A DNA stretch of 64,000 bases from Eutreptiella sp. 'Long Island Sound 2002'. Lineage: Eukaryota; Protista; Euglenida. Shown here piece after piece: positions 24,689-36,800 of the stretch. Where the stretch lies: assembly GCA_964036045.1 (NCBI GenBank), contig OZ038378.1:15934001-15998000 (forward strand), read 5' to 3'. Both the position numbers and the translations under genes were made by a program. The notes below the pieces were generated by a model. The model had not been told where the DNA came from. It did no database searches and was given only the letters and a program-made list of their open reading frames with translations. Within the stretch, counting starts at the first letter, position 1. Each line of letters begins with the position of its first letter.

Positions 24689-26269
24689 CCAGGTGCATCC
24701 ACATGCACACTCTGAGTCCATGCTGGGTTTGTTGGGTTTTGGGGGGGGGATAGGGGCCCAAAGGTATGAAAAAGAGTGTACAACGTACAAGAGTGTACAG
24801 CGGTGTGTTGGCAGTGTGTGAAGCAGAGGAATTTGGGTGAATAAATATCCAACCACCCAAGCTGTGGTCGCAGAAAGTTTTGGAGAGTGTGATGCGAGAG
24901 CCCGTGGCACAAGCAGGGGTGACAGATCCCAGACTCGATGCATACTTGCATAAAATTGGGTGAATTTCCAAATATGCCATATCTCCGATGCGGAGGAAAC
25001 ATCAAAATACCTGTTCCCAAACAATTCCATTCGTTCTCAGGGGGTCACTACGTCCTCCTCCAACTGCAGTGGGGCTGCGAGCACACTACGCTGCATTCTT
25101 GGGCAAATGCAGACCTCAAACCAGTGATAGTGCAGGACTATTTGATCCCCAACAAGGCCTGCATGCATGCATGCAGGCAGGCACCGGGGGGGGGGGGGGG
25201 GGCCTTGACGCCGACCCCCCTCCCCCTCCCCCTCCCCCCTCCTTGGAAATTGATTTCCCTGTGGCCTCGCCGTCAGCCGTTCCACTGCACGCGGCGAGAG
25301 CTGAGTCTATCCTGCAGTTAGTCCAGCTCAAGGTTCTTTCGGATCCTGACACGGATAACATAGATGCGAGTTGCACTGATTCCGGGCTCGACTCAGGCGC
25401 CTCAGACACGGCGTCAACCGTTTCATGGGCCCGCGGCTCCGACAGCTTCAGCACGGATGTGAGCGACTCTCGTTTGCGCTAGGCACCTTTCCATTTGCAC
25501 CTTTCATGATTGTATGTTAGACTGCCATGTACTTTGCAGATATACATTACACACAAACACACCAAAGGGCCCAGGTGACACCGCCCACTCCAGCACACAA
25601 AGCACGACGCAAGGGAACAGAAGGTCAACCTCAAAGGCCAAAGGAGTGCCGAGGGGGACAATCTATGCCGCCTGCCGTAAGGTTTCACATGACCATTGTC
25701 CGGCTCTAAAGCATGGATGGCCTTAGGTCTTACAATATGATGTGTACTTAAACAAGGAAGCACGAAAACACTGTACTAAGTGGATGACAGCTTCGCTGTG
25801 GCGCACACAAACTATTGGACTAAAGGCTGAACGTGCCTCTGGCGGGGGCATTCAGTCAATTGAAGCCGACCATTGCTCTCTCTCTCTCTCTTGGCTAGAA
25901 AGTGCCGGACCATCGGCACCAAAGGCGCCTTCAGCAATTTTGCTTGATGTGGCAAAGGGAACAAAAATGTTTTTTCACCCTATGTGTCTATACTCAATAT
26001 AGTCGGAATTCAATAATGGACAAAAATGCACATTTTCTTGGTCAATCCAAAATCATTATCTCACTTCAGAGCAGTAGTGATCAGTGGTGGCCAGTACCAT
26101 AGTTGGTGGCACACTGCACTTGCAATGTGTTGATCCTGAGTTCAATTTTTGCAAATTGCATAGGTGAGCCAGTGGCAGATAGGGATGGTTGGGGGCTGGA
26201 CCTTGTTTTTTCCTTTTTTTCCATGGCTCATCATGAATCTACTGTGCAAAGGCAGGTTCTTTAGCTACT

Positions 26270-26432
26270 TCTCTTTTTGTCCCTTTTTCTGCGGACCCCC
26301 AAGAACACAGGGGTAACATAGCAATTCCGCCCACTTGTGGGCCCTAGAGAAGGCACAGGTGAAGTAGCGACGTCTGATTTTGTCCCCTTTTCTGGGGACC
26401 CCGAGCACGCAGGGGTAACGCAGCTGGGAGTG
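26270..26432 (-). repeat. Fragment of a dispersed or satellite repeat, related to about 2405-2470
   Basis: Internally duplicated gggacaaaa...ggggtcc units. The reverse complement resembles ggggccccaaatgtgggc...ggggtcccca near 2405. Confidence 0.4.
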
Positions 26433-27858
26433 CTACGCCCTGAAACAAAAGTACCACCTACCATGCCCCCCCCTCCCCTTCCCCGTTTCAAATTTTTTAC
26501 CACAACATACATACCTCAAAATTATCAGCGCGATGAGGCGGTCATTTTAAGCCATACATGTTGCGGTGTGGGAGCCCCCCCCCCCCCCCTCTGGCTGGCT
26601 CCCCCCCCAAAACCCAGCCCCCCCCCCCCCCCTCCCTGAAAGTGGCTGGAAAGTGGGAGGGAGTCGGCGTATGGCCCATTGCTACGCCCCCCCCCCCTGC
26701 ATGCAGGCCACCACTGGGACGCATTCATGTTTGGGCCTCAAACTATCTCTGCGGTGTTTTGCAGCCATTTGCATGCTGCACAATGGCCCCTGATGCCCAC
26801 TGCTGCCTCTGGCTGTGACCCAAGTGCCTCGATCGCCCGCGCAGGGCCCTGGCTCGGTCTGAATGGGGACCGAGAGGCGGCTGTTCTACCTTCAATTTGT
26901 GTTCTCTGAATTGACAGGTTTCCCTCTTGCTTCAGCCCCAGCTCTGATCTCAGACCGGTCTCAGACCGCGCCCAAGTCTCAGCCTCAGCCTCAGCCTCAG
27001 CCTTGGCCTCACTCTCAGCCCTAGCCCTTGGCCCCGGCCCCAGCCGAAGCCAATCCCAGTTGGCTTCTTCGCAGAACGCAGCCTGCCCCCTTGGGGGAAT
27101 CATGGTTTTTTGGAACCTGTCCGGGGCTTAGACAAGCAGGGGTGGGCACCGAGTCCGCAGTGCTCTGTGATATAGGCCTCTGTGCTACACCGTCTGCTGT
27201 CTGCTGCGCAGTCTGTGCTACAGGGGTCTGTGTGTGCTAGGTTCTTTCTTCCGGGTCTGTGCTACAGGGAGTAGGTGCTACTGGGGTCTGTGCTACACCA
27301 GTTTCTGATACTGGGGATCTGTGTCACACAATTTCTTCTGCGCGCGTCAGGTGCTCCAGTGTTTGTTTAATTGTTTTTTTTGGCCCAGTGCCCATGGGGC
27401 ACGTATCTGTCAACCCTTAAAAAAAAAAAAGGCCGTCCCCAGTCTGTGCCTTTCTGGTTGTTTTGTTGTGCCGACGTGATAAAATGGCTCAGTAACTTTA
27501 TGCCATGACCTCATTCTTCGGAGCCCAACACACAGCCAGTTCCTGATCTGAGGCGCCGGATCCCACAGGAACAGCACTGGCTACAACAATGGGTGGAGCC
27601 CCAGGCGCCGAAACTCTGGGAGCGGCTGGCATAGCGCGCGTCAAAGGTGATCATCGATGTCCCGTAGTACTGCACAAAACCAATCATTCGAAGGCATCAC
27701 ATATCTGGCGATTGGAAGGCCCCTGGCACAGCCAATCATTGGAGGGTACCTGCTACACAGGATGCGGGCAGCTGATACACCCGAGTGGCGCGTGGGGCCA
27801 TTCACCCGGTCCCCACTCACCCCGCGCAGCCGCTCCAAACACCCCTGCTCTCACACAG

Positions 27859-30800
27859 GGCTGGACGTGGACAAGGTGTACTACATCTCATGGAAGCAAA
27901 AGAAGGATCGAATCCTGACAAGCACCAAGAGCGCACACCAGAGCGATACACGATGTCCCTCGAGTGCAGCGGATTCCCGCAGCCCGCCATCCATCAAATG
28001 GGACATTCCATACACCCTTGAACTGAAGAAGGAGAGGGAAACAGGCCTCTGGAAGCGCACCAAACTGGTACGCCCTGCCCGATCTGGTCTACTCTGGGGT
28101 ACGCGACCGGGCTGCCCCACTCACCCCCCCCCCCCCCCCCACGCAAGACCTGATGGTGCCGCGATGTGGGGTGCGGGCCCCTCCCCACCCGCCATCATCG
28201 TGCCAGACACAAACACGATGTGCCCCAGTGACGTGTGTCCCAGCGCACCGGTTGTTACCGGAAGCCGACACACACATCCGGTACAACTACACGCACCATG
28301 TCCAACTTAGTTCACACATGTCCGACTGGCAGACAAACGGTGCGGCAGACGAACGGTGGACGGTACCTCCGCAAGGCTGATCGTGTTTCACAACCCCCGC
28401 CAGGACCTGCAGGCCCCCTGCGGAGTACCTCACTTTTGTCTCAAGTCTGGAATACAGTCAATCCATTCCACTGTGGGGTTGGGATACGCGTATGGCAGGG
28501 CTACCGTGGCGCTTTTGTGGCCGCGCGCTTTGTTTGTATGTCAGTCTGGGCAATGATCTGTGATGGTGGACATGCCGGTTACCAATGTGTCTTCCAGGGG
28601 CAACGGTGGTAAGTCGTAAGGTGTGCATGGGTGAGGGAGCTCCAATGGACACGTTGAGTAGTTGGTGGGCACTGATCTGTAGTAAGTGGGCATGGGTGCT
28701 TAGCTCATCGGCACGTCAGCTGCTTTTTTTGTCGGCCGATCCTGCGGAAAGCAGGGGCCCACTCACAGCTTCCTCGGAGGTTGCTTGCTGTGTCGCTGCT
28801 GCTTGGGTGTATGACTCGTTCCGTTTGGCGATGCTACGGGTTGGGTGTGCGTGCCGTATCGATGCGGGACGCCATCGGAAGTCGTTGCTGCATGGGCCTC
28901 TTTCGCCGGCCCGGCCAAGGGCGTCTGTCCGGGGCGTTGTGGGTTGGCAGCAGCTTCTCCCCCGTGTCCAGCCCCCCCCCCCTTGTCTAGCACCCCACCC
29001 CCCAGGGGGGGGGGGGGCGTCACTTGGCCCACGAACAATAGGAAATCAATAGGAAATCACAGGCGCCGAAGAAGAATTTTAATTGGATATACTGTCGTTG
29101 CCGTATTTAAAAACGGTCAAATTTAAAAACGGTGCCCTCGGCGTTTTTAATTATGGCGTTTTTAATTATGGCCACCCACAAGGACACTGCACGGAGCACG
29201 AAAAAGTCGCCGCAGATTCCAACTGATGACCCCAGTGCAGGTTTTAATGGCATTGGACTGTGTGATTATCGAGACAATCAGAACACAAATGCTTCCTGCA
29301 TACAACACACTGCGCTGGTGGAGAAGGCTCCGAACAGTCAGCACAGGGGACCAAATCCGCTTCCGGGGCCAAAACGAAAATCCAAAACGACATTTGCTGG
29401 AACAGCAAATGCTTCCATCAAAAAACCACCTTTGGACAGGAAAAGTGCACAAAAGCGGCTGACCGTTTTAAATTATGGCCAATTCTGGAAATCCCCCAAA
29501 ACCCCCGGCGTTTTTAATTATGGCGTTTTAAATTATGGCCGTTTTAAATTATGGCCGTTTTAGTACTAGAATTGGCAGCTCGGGAGTGGTGTACGCCCCC
29601 CCCCCCCCAGGGGGTACCCTCACCCCCCCCTTGTGCAGCCCCCCCCCCCCCCCCCCCCAGGGGGGGGACCGTCGCTCCTGGGGGGGGGGGGGGGGGGGCT
29701 GCACAAGGGGGGGGTGAGGGTACCACCGCCAGCGCCGCCAGTGTGAAGTCCAGTCGACGTGTTGGGCGCGTTTGCAACGCCTTGCCCTTTGCTTTGCGGT
29801 CCCTGTAGTATTGTGTGGTGGGTGGGCCGTGGCCCTGGGTGGTTCTTGACTGAACATGGTGGTGAGGGGGTGCCCCCCCCCCCCCCCCCTGCCATCCCCT
29901 CCGCCCCGGCCCCACCCTTCACACAGACTGCCCCTGAGAACGGACCTCGATCAGCAAAAGCAGGGCATACAAAAGACACGGCACCAGACATCGGTCGCCA
30001 AGCAGCCTTTCTGCAGCCCCCCATCCCCGCCCTGGCAAACACTGCGTCCAGGCGGAGGTGCCAACCGGCACGCTGACGGAGCCTTCACCGGGCGGGGGGG
30101 GAGGGACTAGAATTTCTGCATTTCAAATTCTGTACAAAAATTTTGTACGCAATTTGTTCGGTGTTTTTAAGGATTTGTGCAGGTAATAACAGCAAGCGCC
30201 CACTGGTTCTCATGAGCAATTATTGGGAACCACACATGATTTGTTCGCTCATTGTTCAGAAGTGGTACAGATTTTGTCGCGCCAGAATTTGTAGATTCAT
30301 ATTTTCCCCCACACGGAATACCCCCCGGTACCCAACCGGTCTGCCTGAGAGCCCCCCGGACGGGGCACAGTGCATCAGAAGTCCAAGTGGGCCGTCACTA
30401 GCCGGGCAGACTCTACCGGCCTGAAACCACCGCATGCGCGCGAGCGACTGGGCCCCGGAGCCTTACCGCGCACCTCAGCGGCACAACACTCACTGGACAC
30501 TCAAGGCGACCACACACTGAAGCAAAACCAGCCACAACGTGGCGATACTGCACCGGCTTCCGAGCGAGTTCAGCCGTCCCCCGCTGAAGCTCCGGGCGGT
30601 CCAACCGCAACATTATTGGGGGATGACCTTTGATGGGGTTGGACATGCATTGGGTCAAAACCCACGAGACTCCCCCCTCCCCATCACCCCTTTTCCTGCT
30701 GAACGCATGCCCCTTTACTTCTGCACGACTGGCGCCCGGGCCCTCTGTACAGGTCATCAGCGTCGGCGAGCAGCCCAAAGGCAAGCCCGGGGCCACCGCA

Positions 30801-33800
30801 AAGCTCAAGACGGAGGAGCTGAACCTCGAGGACCTGTACGAAGAGTGCCAACAGTCCGGCCGGACCCTGCGTCGCAACGTCTGCTTTGCAGAGGGCCGCA
30901 TCACCCTCGTCTACACCGTCGGCGTCGTGGATACCACGCAGGCCATCCCCCCGGCCCCGAACTGCACCGCCGGCACCGGCAACCGCGGCAGTTCCTCCGA
31001 AGCGAGCCTCGAAGGCGGCGATCGGCCTCCCGGCGCGCCGGGCCCCGGAGGGCCGCCGCAACTCCCTTCGCCGGCGGCCGGGGCACGGAACGGACAGGGG
31101 GGCACCGAACGGGGCTCGTTCTGGACGCCCGCACCAGCTCCAGCAGCCAATGCGCCTTCTGCGGTCGTTGTGGAGGCGTTGAAGGAGCTCTTCCCGGCGC
31201 ACCCCGTGGAATTCCTCGAGGAGGTCGCGCGCGACTTCCCGGACCGCAACACGGCCATTGAGCACGTGCTGTCGATCCCGATCCCGGACGACGCCATCAC
31301 GGCGACGCCCCCAGCGGCGAACGCTGCACGCGCGGTATCCCCCGTGCCGCCGGCCCCGCAGCCCCTGCCCCGCACCCCGGCGGTCGTCGTCCGGGAACCG
31401 CTGTCACGCACCCCCGCGCTCGTCCGCCCCGAACCCATTTCGCACACCGTGCCCCCCTCCGACCCCGCCTCCCGCACCAAGTCGCCTGTGCAGCCCGACC
31501 CACCGCAGCCTCCGGCCCGGTCCCGCAGCAAAGCGGCGGCGCCAGCGGAGGCCACATCGCGCACCCCTGCGCTCGTGCACCCGGAGCCGCTGCCCCGCAC
31601 CCCAGCGCTCGTGCGCCCCGAGCCGCTGCCCCGCTCCCACTCCGGCGACGCCGCCGCGACGATGGCGAGTATTCACGAGCTGTTCCCGGAGCTCGGGCCC
31701 GCGGAGGTGTGCAGCGCTCTGGAGAACACCAACAACGACGCGGAGCAGGCGATCAACCTCCTCCTCATGCAGGGAGCTGCGAGCGTCGCGAGCGCCCCCC
31801 TCCCGGCCTCCACCCCGGCCCCCGCCCTCCCGCGCTTCGACATGTCGCGCCTCGTCGCCCCCGCCGCCGCTCCACCGCAGCAGCGGGAGCCCCTGCTGGC
31901 GTCCTCCAAAGAAGCGCAGCGCCGGCTCCGGGAGCTGTTCCCCGACTCCTCCGAAGAGGAGATCACGACGGCGCTGAAGCAGGCGAACTGGGACCGCAAT
32001 GCGGCGGTCGGCCTCATTCTGGAGGGGGGCACCGTGCCCGGCGCGGCGCCGGGTCGGGCGACCGCGGCCTCGCGCGACGCCCCCCCGGCGGTCGCGGCGC
32101 GCGAAGTGCAGCACCTGCAGTACTGCTTCCCCAACTGCGGCACGCGGCAGATCCAGCAGGCGCTGGCCCAGGCCAAGGGGGACGCGGAGCGCGCCTCGGA
32201 GCTGCTGCTGCTCGCGGGCCAGTCCGCACCGAAGCGGACCGCCAGCCACTCGGCGCTGGCGGCGGTCCCGCGGCCCTTGGCGCGTGACGTGCCGCCGCCG
32301 ATGGAGGCGGACATCGCGGGGCTGCGGGAGATGTTCCCGGACTGCCTCGACGCGGTGCTCTGGCAAGCCCTGTGCGAGGCCAAGGGCGACCACAACGCCG
32401 CGGCCCTCGCGATCTTCAGCCTCCCCCCCGACGCCGCGCGCGCGGGCCCGCCGCCCGGCGCGTTCCGGGGCCTCATGGGCCTCGGCAACCGCCCGCAGAC
32501 GTGGCTGGACGGCGACGCCGTGCCGCATCCGGCGGCCGCGGTGGCCCCGGCCCCTGGAGCGGCGGGGGGGCTGCCCCCCGTCGGGGACATCGGGCCGCCG
32601 CTCACGCTCAGCACCGCGCGGCCGACGCGGACGCACGTCGGCCCCGGGGGGGCGCCTCTGACGGCGGAGCAAGTGGCGATGTCCGGGCACCTGCAGCAGA
32701 TCCTGCGCCCCGGCCTCACGCCCTCGGACTGCCGCTCCGCCCTCGCGTCCCCCGGAGGGTCGCACGGCCCCGAGAGCGGCCCCGTGGACAGCCCGAGGAC
32801 CGGGGAACTGGGCGGCGCGGAGGGCGAGGCCCCCGCCAGCGCGGAGCTCGAGCAGCCGCCGCGGATGGGGCCCGCGGTCGCCGTGCAGACCCTCCGGCCC
32901 GTGTCCGGCAGCGCCTCCGGGTCGAGTGCACCCCCGCTGCCCGTCACGAATGCAGCCCAACCCCCGCCTCAGACCTCCGATGCCGAGCCGCCGCCCTCCC
33001 CCCCTCCGACCCCCCCCGGCACTGGGCCCGTGCTGCCCCCGCCGCCCGGGGCTGGCGCGCCTCCGCCTCCGCCACCCCCTCCACCTCCGCCCCCCATCGC
33101 AGGGGTCCCTCCCCCACCTCCACCGCCCCCACCCCCACCGCCGCCTGGCGTCGGGCCTCCGCCCCCGCCGCCCCCGCCCCTCCCTCCCCCGGGGGTTGGG
33201 GGGATCCCGCCCCCGCCCCCGCCCCCGCCCCCTCCCCCCGGAAGAGGAGCCCCTCCCCCTCCCCCACCCCCACCCCCGCCTCCGGGGGGCCGCGGCGCCC
33301 CCCCTCCCCCACCCCCACCCCCGCCTCCGGGGGGCCGCGGCGCCCCCCCCCCTCCTCCCCCTCCCCCTCCGCCCGGCGGCAAAGGCAAGGGTGCCCCGCC
33401 CCCGCCCCCGCCTCCTCCCGGGGGCAGGGGGGGGCCTCCACCGCCCCCGCCCGGAGGCCCGGGCGGCCCCCCTCCCCCCCCCCCTCCCGCCTTCGGGGAC
33501 AAGAAGAAGGCCACGAAGAACTTGTACTGGCAGCCCATCGGGGCCGCCGCGGTGGAGCACAGCATCTGGGCGTCCATCAAGAATCAGGAGGGGGACGACA
33601 TCGCCTCGGAGGATGCGGAGGCCCTGGCGGAGATGTTCGCGAGGAAGCAGCGCGAGCAGAAGGTGTGCCGCATCCCATGTACCCACCTCCACCACGAGTC
33701 TCTCCGATGAGCAGCGATGCGGCGGCCATGCCTCACCCCTTCCTCTGGCTGCCACGTCACTCAGTATCTTGTCTCACATCGTGCCCTCTTCGCCATGTGC

Positions 33801-36800
33801 TCGGGCGGCCGCTGCTCATCGGGGCTACACCGTGGCAGCGGAGTGTCTGGGGGGGGGGGGGGGGCGTGTGGCTTGCTGCGATGGTCATTGTGTTCATTGG
33901 CCCGCCGACTTGCACGCCAGCTCGTTCATGCCGGGGTTCGCCGACTCGGGGGTTCACATCGTATCACACCGCACCGCACTGTACCGTACTGCACCACGCG
34001 ATACTACGCTTACCTCGTTCCGTCCTAAGCATCGTCTATCGTGCATATCATATCGTATTTCATCACACCGCATCGCGTGTGATCTGCCCTTTGGACGAGG
34101 TGCCTCCTTTTTCATTCCAGTGGGCAAAGTGTGCATCCCGCTCCCACTGGGCTCTGTGCCCCCATCCCGATGCAGGAACAAGAAGCCCCGGCTGCACCCA
34201 AGCCCAAGATTTTCCAGCTGGACTCCCGGCGGGAGCAGAACGTGGGAATTGTCCTGAACTACCTCAAACTGCCTGTGAAGCAGGCGTATGACGCGCTTAT
34301 TGAGATGGATGAGGACACGGTGACCCGGGACGTGCTGGAGGCCATCATCTCAATCAACCCCACGCCCGAGGAGGTGGAGCAGGTCAAGGAGGCGGAAGGT
34401 ATTGTGGCATCCGTCTCTCCGTCCCTCGCTCTTTGGTGACCTCGGCCCTTGCATTTTCCCTGCGGCAGTACGTCACCTGCTCTCCCCCCAGCGCCCGTGC
34501 CTCCCTCCCCTGCTATTTCTCTGACGAACACCCCCCCCCCAATCGTTCCCCGCCCCCACTCCTGCTCCGCCCCCCCTGCCTCCCCGAGTGCCCCGATTAC
34601 TGCACTCCTATATGCACTTGACATATCAGAACACGGACCGCCCACCACTGATGCATCCCATCTGCAGACTAACGACCGCTCCGCCCAGTCCAGGTCAATG
34701 CCGATCGACGACTGAAGGGTCTTGGTCCCGCCTTCCCCCCACACACCCTTGCCCTCTGCCCCTGGGTTTCACGTCGTTAACAGGCAGCGCAATGTCTTCC
34801 ACCGCACGTCCATGTCCACACCGAATGCAAACCACAGAGGGCCATCCACCTCCAAAACATCCATTTCTGGTTGGAGCAAGTGTGGTGCCCTCATGTGCGG
34901 CATCCCGTGCGGCACGAAGCGGCAGGCCCTCCTTGGCGCTCGGGTGTCCACCCCGCAACGGTTCTCGAAGGGGTTTTCACCGCCCATATGTGCCTGACAA
35001 TGCCCCGCGCGACGCGATGGTACCCACGCACCCCGTGTCGACCCCCCTCAGATGGAGTAGAGGGGGCGGCTTGAGTTGGCCAGGGCCCCTCCTCCACACC
35101 CTCGCGTGCCTGATCCTGCCTCGAGCCCCTGGCCCAACCGCCCCAAAAACCAACTGAGACCGCAGGCCGGAGGAGGAAGGGGGAGCAGGATGGTGACGGT
35201 ACGCTGCAGTCCGGTCGCCCAGGCACGTGCCTCGATGTACCTCCAGCCCCCCCTTGCACACCGGCCGCCCCCACCTGCATGCCTTCGGACATGCTGCTCC
35301 CCCGTACCTTGGCCCCGCAGAGCCGCTGCAGGTTCGCCGTGATGCATACGCGCGCATGACACACCAACCCACACCACTGCCCACTGCAGGGACGTTCTGG
35401 AATGGCACACCCCTCCCCCGGGCCCAATGCCTCCCCTCCGCCCCTGCCCCGGGGCCCGAGAACACATTCGTCGGGGGAAAGCCCGATTTTATGCAACAAA
35501 AACATTCCGGACCATTTTTTTGGTCCTCAGACCTTTTGCCCCCCCCCCCCCCCCTCCGCCCGTTCCCCTGCTCTGAAGCCTTGCTCCCACACTCCCTTCA
35601 CTCCCTCGCATCTCCTCGCATGCCGAGCCTGCCCTTTCCCTTTCACAGCCAGCGACCTCAAGCTCAGCGCCCCCGCAGCGTTCTTCCTGATGACCAGCCG
35701 GATCCCACGGTATCAGGCACGTCTGCAATGCTGGCTCCTGAAGCTGCGCTTCCCCGGGCTCATCGATACCGTCCAAGAGGAGCTGACGTTGTTGCGGGAC
35801 GTGTCGACGCAGCTGCGGAGCTCGCAGCCCTTCCGGAGGGTACTGCGGGCCATCTTGGACCTGGGCAACGTGCTGAATGCCGGGGCGAGGCTCGGGGGGG
35901 CCATGGGCTTCCGCATGGGGGACCTGCGGAAACTGAAGGATCTGAAGTCTGCGGATGGGCAGGTCTCGCCAGGGCATCACTGGCACGGGGTTTGGGAGGT
36001 GGAAGGGGTGCAACCCCTGGGGAGGCCCCTGTCCCTCTGGCTTGTCTGGCCCCTGTCCCTGGCCGTGCCCCTCACCTGCCCGGCTCGTGCCCTGGGCCTG
36101 TGCTCGAATGATGTTTGACCAGGGCCGGTCCAGCACAACGGATGGAGTGGGCTACTGCCCCCGACGGTCAGTGGCAGATGGCACAGCTGTTCTTCTTTGA
36201 CGGTTGAAGATCCGGTCCGATATTCCCAATCACCGCTCAGCCGCTGGGGGGGTCATATCCCCTTGCTGCCGGTGTTTCCAAGAGCTGCCTGAAGCACTTT
36301 CTGTTGCCTGCATTTCTAAGGGCACTCAAGTCAGTCGTGCGGGGTGGGTATCTTATCAAATGAGTGCAAACTTCAGTCGTCTCCTCTTTTACAGTTGCTC
36401 AGTTGCTCCTGTTTGTTCTGCTTTCTAGAAGAACGTTTTCCGCCTTCTTCACCAAGAAACAAACAGCCACACCGTGTGCCTTTCTGGAGTTTGGTGCGCA
36501 GCGAAATGCGCCCCGCAATCCACGCTCTTGTAGCGTATGGCCCCAAGACAGAGGACAAAGGGCGGCCCACAGGAAGCAGAGGAGGCGGCTGAAGAGTATG
36601 CACAGGAGCAGGCACAGGACCTCGAGAGACAGAACGTTGTGTCCAACGTGAAGAGCCCTCCCATAGTGTTGTGTGAAATGCAACCTCCCACCAGCCTCGT
36701 CCTGCCCCCGTTCTCTGGGATTGAGTATGGGGGAAATACCGCCTGGAAAAATTTAGTACGCCCAATTGTGGCACAATTTTACTTTATTAATGTTACTTAC

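Noticed and set aside
30630-30752. ORF-track start of the 1026-aa formin ORF
   Set aside because: Pyrimidine-rich intron end with acceptor tacAG at 30751-30752. The upstream exon joins in frame.
31404-33755. 783-aa and other long antisense or alternate-frame ORFs over the formin exon
   Set aside because: Shadow ORFs of very GC-rich coding sequence, with low-complexity Arg/Gly/Ala and no domains.
34957-35161. Box C/D snoRNA reading of the 205-bp repeat (CTGA near the 3' end)
   Set aside because: No C box (RUGAUGA) or terminal stem.
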